DNA of 64,000 nucleotides from an uncultured Alphaproteobacteria bacterium (GTDB lineage Bacteria; Pseudomonadota; Alphaproteobacteria; CAAHEQ01; UBA3637): NCBI GenBank assembly GCA_944391565.1, contig CALXUB010000004.1, positions 46,180 to 110,179 of the forward strand, read 5' to 3'. Shown piece by piece: positions 58,644 to 64,000 of this stretch (position 1 is its first letter; each line of letters starts with the position of its first letter). The notes under the pieces were generated by a model. It saw only the letters and a program-made list of their open reading frames with translations, ran no database searches and was not told where the DNA came from. The position numbers and the translations under genes were made by a program.

Positions 58644-59273
58644 ATGAGTGAAATATCTATCCCATTAGAAAAAATGCCACAGTTTATTGATGATATGGCA
58701 CAGAAACAAATGCCTTTTGCCTGTGCGATGACTTTGACTAAGACATCAGCGGCAATCGGGGATGTTTTAGCTCAAAAATCGGCACATCAGTTTCATACTC
58801 TGACACCGTTTTCCAGAACACATCGAACAGCTAGAATTGGCGGAAAACCTTCTCCGGGTAGTTCATATGCAACATTGCCGGCAAATAAGGCAGATGGTAT
58901 TGATAAAATGAAAGCAACGCTCGGCAACCAACACTGGGGAATCGCCCAACAAATTGATGTTGGCTCAACGGTGCGTAAACCAAAGACAAGTAAGTATTTG
59001 TGGGTTCCTTTGCAGGGGCGAAAACGTAATTTCGGCCCCAAAAAAGCTCTTCAAATGAAAGGGGCTTTTATCATTCGCACGCAAAAAGGGCGAATGATCG
59101 TTCAAAGAAAAGGGAAAAGTAAAACGTTGATCCCTTTATTTTTACGACGGCGACAACAAACAATTAAACCACGTTTTCACATGATGGACGTTGTTAATAA
59201 AAGAGCACAGCGTTATATAGACTTTTTTTTCCATCAATCCATGGAGCAAGCACTAAGGACGGCAAAATGGTAA
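58644..59273 (+). CDS. Hypothetical phage protein (209 aa)
   Basis: It is an ORF with an RBS GGAGGAG and is contiguous with the operon. Confidence 0.4.
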   Translation: MSEISIPLEKMPQFIDDMAQKQMPFACAMTLTKTSAAIGDVLAQKSAHQFHTLTPFSRTHRTARIGGKPSPGSSYATLPANKADGIDKMKATLGNQHWGIAQQIDVGSTVRKPKTSKYLWVPLQGRKRNFGPKKALQMKGAFIIRTQKGRMIVQRKGKSKTLIPLFLRRRQQTIKPRFHMMDVVNKRAQRYIDFFFHQSMEQALRTAKW

Positions 59274-59379
59274 AACTGCCAAGCTTTTTTTCTAGGTTCT
59301 TTCTGACAGTCCTAAGCCGCGGGTCAGCGCGAGGCGCGGCATATCGCTGGTTTTGACATAAAAAAAACGAGTTGCGCAA

Positions 59380-60774
59380 ATGAATAAAATTGAAACCAAT
59401 GAATTAATAAAAAAATTAAAAACTATGAAACTTGAGCTCATGGATTTAAGCCTTTTAAAGCCGGATCCGCTTAATGTTAAGACACACCCGAAAGAACAAG
59501 TCGAAAGAATTGCGCAATCCATGCAAAAACGGTGGACAAATCCGATATTGGTTGATGATAACCTGATAATTGTTGCCGGGCATGGTCGTCGATTGGCTGC
59601 TTTGCATCTCGGGCTTGAAAAAGTGCCGGTTATCGTCTTGCATAACCTAACCGAAGCCGAGCGGATCCAGTATCAAATTTTTGACAACAAATCTGCCGAG
59701 ATGGCCGAGTGGAACTGGGAAAATCTCCAGGCACAGATGGATAAATTAATTGAAATGGGCGCAGATATAGAAGAAACAGGTTGGACAACGGCAGAGTTAG
59801 ATGAAATATTGAGCGATTTGGACGACAGCCCTAAGACGGTTGAAGTTGAAAAACTTGATAACGCTCCGCCGGTTTCTGAAAATATAAAAAGTTGCAAAGG
59901 TGATGTTTGGATTTGTGGTGAACACCGGGTTATGTGTGGAGACAGTTCTTGTAAAAAGGATATTGGCACCTTGATGCAAGGCACACTTGCTGATCTTGTT
60001 TTTACGGATCCACCATACGGTGTCAGTTATAATGGAGCAAATAATCGGGGCGGTAGGGCTTGGGAGATTATTAAAAACGATGATTTACGAGGAAAACAGC
60101 TGTTTTTGTTTTTAAAAATAGTTTTTAAAAATATTAAATGTTTTTTGCGCAAAAATCGAGCTTTTTATATTTGGTATGCAAACAGAAACCACCTTGTGTT
60201 TGAAACAGCAATGAATGAGGCCGGTCTGAAATCAAAACAAGTCCTTGTTTGGAATAAGGGGATGAAGTTAGGGCATTCGGACTATCATTGGGCATACGAA
60301 CCTTGTTTTTACGGTTGTCGTGAAGGTGAAAATTGTTGTTGGTTCGGGGATCGAACACAAAAAACAATTATTGAAACAGCAACACAAGATTTTGAAAGTT
60401 GGCCGCGCGAACAATTATTGGAGATATTGAAACATTTGAAAGAGGGAACGGAAATATGGTGTATCAAGCGAGATTCTGTTTTGGAATATCTTCATCCGAC
60501 CCAAAAACCGGTTGAGTTGGCACAACGTGCAATGACCAACAGTTCTAACCCGGGAGAAGTGGTTTTGGATCTTTTCGGAGGATCCGGTTCGACGATGATT
60601 GCTGCCGAAAATATGGGGCGAAAATCTCGTTTAATGGAACTTGATCCTCGTTATTGTGATGTTATTGTTCGCAGATGGCAAGATTTTGCGAAAAAACAAG
60701 CTGTGCGCGAAAAGGACGGTGTGACATTTGATGAAGCGGAGGAACGGCCATATGTCGGTGTTGAGCAAGAGTGA
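59380..60774 (+). CDS. ParB-like nuclease domain fused to N6/N4 DNA methyltransferase
   Basis: The N-terminus (LKPDPLNVKTHPKEQVERIAQSM...ILVDDNLIIVAGHGRRLAA) is ParB/Srx-like. The DPPYGV motif is motif IV. VLDLFGGSGSTMIAAENMGRK is motif I. Confidence 0.8.
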   Translation: MNKIETNELIKKLKTMKLELMDLSLLKPDPLNVKTHPKEQVERIAQSMQKRWTNPILVDDNLIIVAGHGRRLAALHLGLEKVPVIVLHNLTEAERIQYQIFDNKSAEMAEWNWENLQAQMDKLIEMGADIEETGWTTAELDEILSDLDDSPKTVEVEKLDNAPPVSENIKSCKGDVWICGEHRVMCGDSSCKKDIGTLMQGTLADLVFTDPPYGVSYNGANNRGGRAWEIIKNDDLRGKQLFLFLKIVFKNIKCFLRKNRAFYIWYANRNHLVFETAMNEAGLKSKQVLVWNKGMKLGHSDYHWAYEPCFYGCREGENCCWFGDRTQKTIIETATQDFESWPREQLLEILKHLKEGTEIWCIKRDSVLEYLHPTQKPVELAQRAMTNSSNPGEVVLDLFGGSGSTMIAAENMGRKSRLMELDPRYCDVIVRRWQDFAKKQAVREKDGVTFDEAEERPYVGVEQE

Positions 60775-61327
60775 TTTTGCCCGAAAGATAGACAGGTCGC
60801 ATCAGTATGTTTCAAGCCTTATTAAAAAGGGAATGATTGTCCTTGTGAAGGAAAACGGTCGTGAAATGGTGGAAGTCGAGGCATCATTGGCCAAAATTGC
60901 GGCACATGCGGATCCTGCAAATAATCCGGCAACGACAATGCCGCGAACGGATGGTCGGAACAAAGCTTCGGTGGGAATGGCAACACGACAGGCAGAACAT
61001 TCAACAGAACAAGAAGCTGGACATGGCACAAATAGTGCCGTTCAGTATCAAAAAAGCCGCGCCGTCAAGGAAAGTTATACCGCTCGCCTGCGAAAAGTCG
61101 AGTTTGAAGAAAAAATGGGAACCATTGTGCGAAAGGAAGGTGTTGAAAAAGCCGCTTTCGGTATTTCGCGAATTTTGCGTGAAAAGTTGAAAGCTCTACC
61201 AAACCGGCTGGCTCCGAAAGTGACTGTTGTCACGGAGCAAAAAGAGAATTTTATCATATTGACGGAGGAAATGGAGGGGGTCATTCATGAAATCCAAAGT
61301 GCAATCGCCGAGATTATTTCCACATGA
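60749..61327 (+). CDS. Putative terminase small subunit / DNA-binding packaging protein
   Basis: An N-terminal HTH-like region is present (KSDFARKIDRSHQYVSSLIKKGMI). It lies just upstream of terminase large subunit. It shares a C-terminal motif with the next ORF. Confidence 0.4.
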   Translation, partial: HMSVLSKSDFARKIDRSHQYVSSLIKKGMIVLVKENGREMVEVEASLAKIAAHADPANNPATTMPRTDGRNKASVGMATRQAEHSTEQEAGHGTNSAVQYQKSRAVKESYTARLRKVEFEEKMGTIVRKEGVEKAAFGISRILREKLKALPNRLAPKVTVVTEQKENFIILTEEMEGVIHEIQSAIAEIIST

Positions 61328-61643
61328 TTGGCTTTCAGACGACTTTATTGTTCCAAACTTGCCGGAAGACGAAACACCAGATAAAGCTGAATATGAAGGA
61401 AAATTAAAGAAAATCGAATTGTTGGAGAAAAGAAAGGATTTATTGAAAAAAGATGACTTGGAAATATTTGCATTTGAAGTTGGTAGATTGTTGCGCGATA
61501 AACTTTCACTCTTGCCGGCAAAATTGGCAGCACGCGTCACGGAAGAACCGGATATCGGCAAAAATGAAAGGATAATCCGCCATGAATGCAATCGCTGTTT
61601 CAGAGAAATACACCGACGAATGGTTAATTTTGGAAGGCGTTAA
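61287..61643 (+). CDS. Hypothetical phage protein (118 aa), partial paralog of preceding gene
   Basis: It has a GGAGGG RBS. EVGRLLRDKLSLLPAKLAARVTEE parallels ISRILREKLKALPNRLAPKVTVV in the upstream protein. Confidence 0.4.
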   Translation: MKSKVQSPRLFPHDWLSDDFIVPNLPEDETPDKAEYEGKLKKIELLEKRKDLLKKDDLEIFAFEVGRLLRDKLSLLPAKLAARVTEEPDIGKNERIIRHECNRCFREIHRRMVNFGRR

Positions 61644-63486
61644 AACATTTTGTGAAGGCTTTTTAAAAGGGTTAGAATTACCGCCACGACTGAGCATTTC
61701 ACAATGGGCCGATACTTATCGCAAGTTGAGCTCGGAAAGTTCTGCCGAACCGGGAGACTGGGATACTGCTCGCGCCGAATATCAGCGCGGAATGATGGAT
61801 GCCATTTCCGACATTAATTGCTCGGAAATAACAATTGAAGCGTCGGCGCAGGTTGGGAAAACAGAAGTTTTAAACAATGCAATCGGTTATTTTATTGATA
61901 AAGACCCTTGTCCGATTTTATTACTTCAACCGAATTTAGAGGTGGCAAAAAGCTGGTCAAACGACCGATTGATGCCGATGATTCGTGATACTCCTTGCTT
62001 ACAGGGGAAAATTGCCGAAAATAAAGACAGCGGAAATACGGTGTTTCATAAATCTTTTTCAGGAGGCCATATTACGATTGCCGGTGCAAATTCGGCAGCA
62101 AGCCTTGCCAGTCGACCTATTCGGATCGTGTTAATGGATGAAATCGACAGATATCCAATTTCTGCCGGGAAAGAAGGTGATCCGACAAAATTGGCGGCTA
62201 AAAGAACCACGACATTTTGGAATAAAAAGATTATCAGATGCAGCACTCCGACCATTGCCGGACAAAGTCGGATTCATGAAGCTTTTTTAAAATCAGACAT
62301 GCGCTTTTTCTTTGTCCCGTGCCCGCATTGCGGTCAAGAGCAAAAATTAGAATGGAAAAATGTTAAATGGGAAAATGGGGATCCGCAAACAGCCGTTTAT
62401 GCCTGTCCGTATTGCGGTAGCTGTTGGAATGATGTGGAAAGATGGCATGCGGTTAGTTGTGGAGCATGGCGGGCGACAAAACCTTTTCACGGGCATGCCG
62501 GCTTTTTTATTTGGGAGGGATACAGTCCTTGGGCGAAATTATGTGATATTGTTCAAAACTTCAAAGAAGCAAAAGAAGATCCGGAGCAATTAAAAACGTT
62601 CGTGAATACCACGTTAGCCGAACCATGGGAAGATAAGGGTGAGCGTGTCGATGAAAATCGGTTGTTGGAACGACGTGAACATTACACGTCAGCACCTCCG
62701 GAAGTCGTTGTTATTACGGCCGGCGTTGATGTTCAAGATGATCGATTGGAAGTAGATCGGATCGGTTGGACGGTTAACAATCAAAGCTTTGCTTTGGGAA
62801 AAGTTGTTTTGCTCGGAGATCCGAATGCACCGCGGGTTTGGGAAGAACTGGACGAATTACTTCAAACCCCATTGGCACATGATATCACCGGAGAGATGGG
62901 AATCTCGGCTTGTTGCATTGATAGTGGTTATTTGACGCAGGAAGTCGGTAAGTTTTGTCGGGAACGCTGGAACAGACGCGTCTGGGCGATTAAAGGAATG
63001 CCGGGAGAAGGACGTCCTATTTTGAAACGTGCACCGGGGAAAATCAAAAAATTAAATCTTGAATTTTTCCTTGTCGGGGTCGATACAGTGAAAGATGTCA
63101 TTTATTCGCGGTTAAAACTGGATGATCCAGGTGCGCCGGGATATTGCCATTTTAATATGAGTTATGATGAAGCTCATTTTTTGCAACTGACAGCCGAAGA
63201 AGCAAAAGTTTCATACGTTAAAGGTCGTAAAATACGTTTTTATGCATTACGCCCCGGGCGAAAACGTAATGAAGCATTGGATATCTTCGGTTATGCCTTG
63301 GCGGCATTAGAGGGTTTGAAGCTGTCAGGGCTGAATTTGCGTAAACGTTGGGAAAAGATGCTTGCAGCTCATGCCGATAAGGCACAGGAACTTATGATAA
63401 AAAATTCGGAAACTCAAATGCCGGGCGAAAAAAACAAATCTGTTCGTATGAAATCCCGCCGCCGCGTGGTCGGTCGGTTTTCGTGA
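61582..63486 (+). CDS. terL: Phage terminase large subunit, GpA family
   Basis: The length is 634 aa. The paired Cys motifs FFVPCPHCGQE and YACPYCGS form a zinc finger as in lambda gpA-type terminases. An ATPase-like N-region is present and the gene lies in the packaging-module position. Confidence 0.7.
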   Translation: MNAIAVSEKYTDEWLILEGVKTFCEGFLKGLELPPRLSISQWADTYRKLSSESSAEPGDWDTARAEYQRGMMDAISDINCSEITIEASAQVGKTEVLNNAIGYFIDKDPCPILLLQPNLEVAKSWSNDRLMPMIRDTPCLQGKIAENKDSGNTVFHKSFSGGHITIAGANSAASLASRPIRIVLMDEIDRYPISAGKEGDPTKLAAKRTTTFWNKKIIRCSTPTIAGQSRIHEAFLKSDMRFFFVPCPHCGQEQKLEWKNVKWENGDPQTAVYACPYCGSCWNDVERWHAVSCGAWRATKPFHGHAGFFIWEGYSPWAKLCDIVQNFKEAKEDPEQLKTFVNTTLAEPWEDKGERVDENRLLERREHYTSAPPEVVVITAGVDVQDDRLEVDRIGWTVNNQSFALGKVVLLGDPNAPRVWEELDELLQTPLAHDITGEMGISACCIDSGYLTQEVGKFCRERWNRRVWAIKGMPGEGRPILKRAPGKIKKLNLEFFLVGVDTVKDVIYSRLKLDDPGAPGYCHFNMSYDEAHFLQLTAEEAKVSYVKGRKIRFYALRPGRKRNEALDIFGYALAALEGLKLSGLNLRKRWEKMLAAHADKAQELMIKNSETQMPGEKNKSVRMKSRRRVVGRFS

Positions 63487-63571
63487 TTATTCTTGACTTT
63501 TTTTATATTATGGTAAAAACTCTCATTAAAAAATATTTCATATATACTAATTTATAATAATATCAGATCAG

Positions 63572-64000
63572 ATGAAAAAGCTGTCAACATATCAAAAAAA
63601 GTATTGGATAAAATATGCTTTTCGTTCTTTTGAGAACAAAAAACGTAGAAAACCTATTAAAATCCATATAGTTAATGATAAAGTTGATGTTATAGCCAAA
63701 AAAGAAAAACGCGTTTTAACTGCTCCGAGCATTATGGATTTGAAAGGACATTATGATGAAACTGTTACATTTTTTAATGAACTAAGAGCCTTATGTCCGA
63801 ATCAGGTAGCTCCATTTAAGATAGACTTTACAAATATTAAAACAATTTCTCCTGCTGCTGCTCTTATATTTACGGCAGAAATAGATAGGCTAATAAAAAC
63901 AAGACTTTGGAAGAAAAGATCTTTGTCCGTAAAAGATTTTAAGAAGTGGGATATAAGTGTGCGTCTTCAATTGAGAGATATGGGGATGTTTGAATTATTA
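63572..64000 (+). CDS. AT-rich partial ORF (5' part; runs off window), unknown
   Basis: The frame is open from the ATG at 63572 to the window end (MKKLSTYQKKYWIKYAFRSFENKKRRKPIK...). Its GC content is much lower than the flanking phage genes. It is absent from the ORF track because no stop lies within the window. Confidence 0.3.
   Translation, partial: MKKLSTYQKKYWIKYAFRSFENKKRRKPIKIHIVNDKVDVIAKKEKRVLTAPSIMDLKGHYDETVTFFNELRALCPNQVAPFKIDFTNIKTISPAAALIFTAEIDRLIKTRLWKKRSLSVKDFKKWDISVRLQLRDMGMFELL

Larger units (their letters stand above)
49914..64000. mobile_element. Integrated lambdoid prophage (left end at tRNA-Val fragment; extends beyond right edge of window)
   Basis: The gene order is a tyrosine integrase, an Xis-like ORF, HicAB, a cI-like repressor divergent from a cro-like gene with shared palindromic operators, DUF2312, RusA, a ParB-MTase fusion, and terminase small/large subunits. 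It is AT-rich at both junctions. Confidence 0.8.

Overview
The window appears to be an alphaproteobacterial chromosome segment (~45% GC). It has recN-ligA-bamD synteny, an nuoN-birA-rnj neighbourhood and a DUF2312 phage gene; the lineage call is tentative. It has three parts. (1) 1-22.5 kb is a partial type IV secretion system (T4SS) locus. A + strand operon encodes a VirB8-like protein (5' truncated at the window edge), a VirB9-like protein with a long C-terminal tail ending in a SPOR-like motif, a 2455-aa CagY-like VirB10 with a huge repeat-filled periplasmic spacer, and a VirB11 ATPase. A convergent ~12 kb minus-strand operon encodes three paralogous polytopic membrane proteins that I interpret as VirB6-like (sharing a CW[TF]C motif), a Pro/Gly-rich pilin-like protein with 18-bp tandem repeats, a tandem-HTH XRE regulator, an acidic 501-aa protein, a coiled-coil protein, a secreted protein with a weak secretin-like C-terminal motif and a small bitopic protein. 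No VirB3/VirB4/VirD4 lies in the window. (2) 22.6-49.4 kb is mostly housekeeping: glgA, ddh, rlmH, pgpA, an FTR-like CPC protein, a Sel1-repeat protein, LysM-M23, RNase J, birA, a truncated nuoN remnant, AsmA-like, ligA, recN, bamD and a DD-carboxypeptidase with a SPOR domain. It also holds three unknown genes next to the T4SS operon, and near its end an HExxH protein, a secreted alpha/beta hydrolase and a 633-aa type IV pilin-like protein carrying two Cys-rich C-type-lectin-like repeats. (3) From 49.9 kb to the window end is a lambdoid prophage. It is bounded on the left by a 3' fragment of a tRNA-Val(GAC) gene that serves as an att-site remnant, and it runs off the window on the right. It carries an integrase, HicAB, a membrane-anchored WYL-like protein, a cI/cro switch with three copies of a 17-bp palindromic operator, DUF2312, RusA, a ParB-MTase fusion, TerS/TerL and an AT-rich partial ORF. 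The most novel-looking content is the Cag/rvh-like T4SS with its giant repeat-expanded VirB10 and associated unknown proteins.
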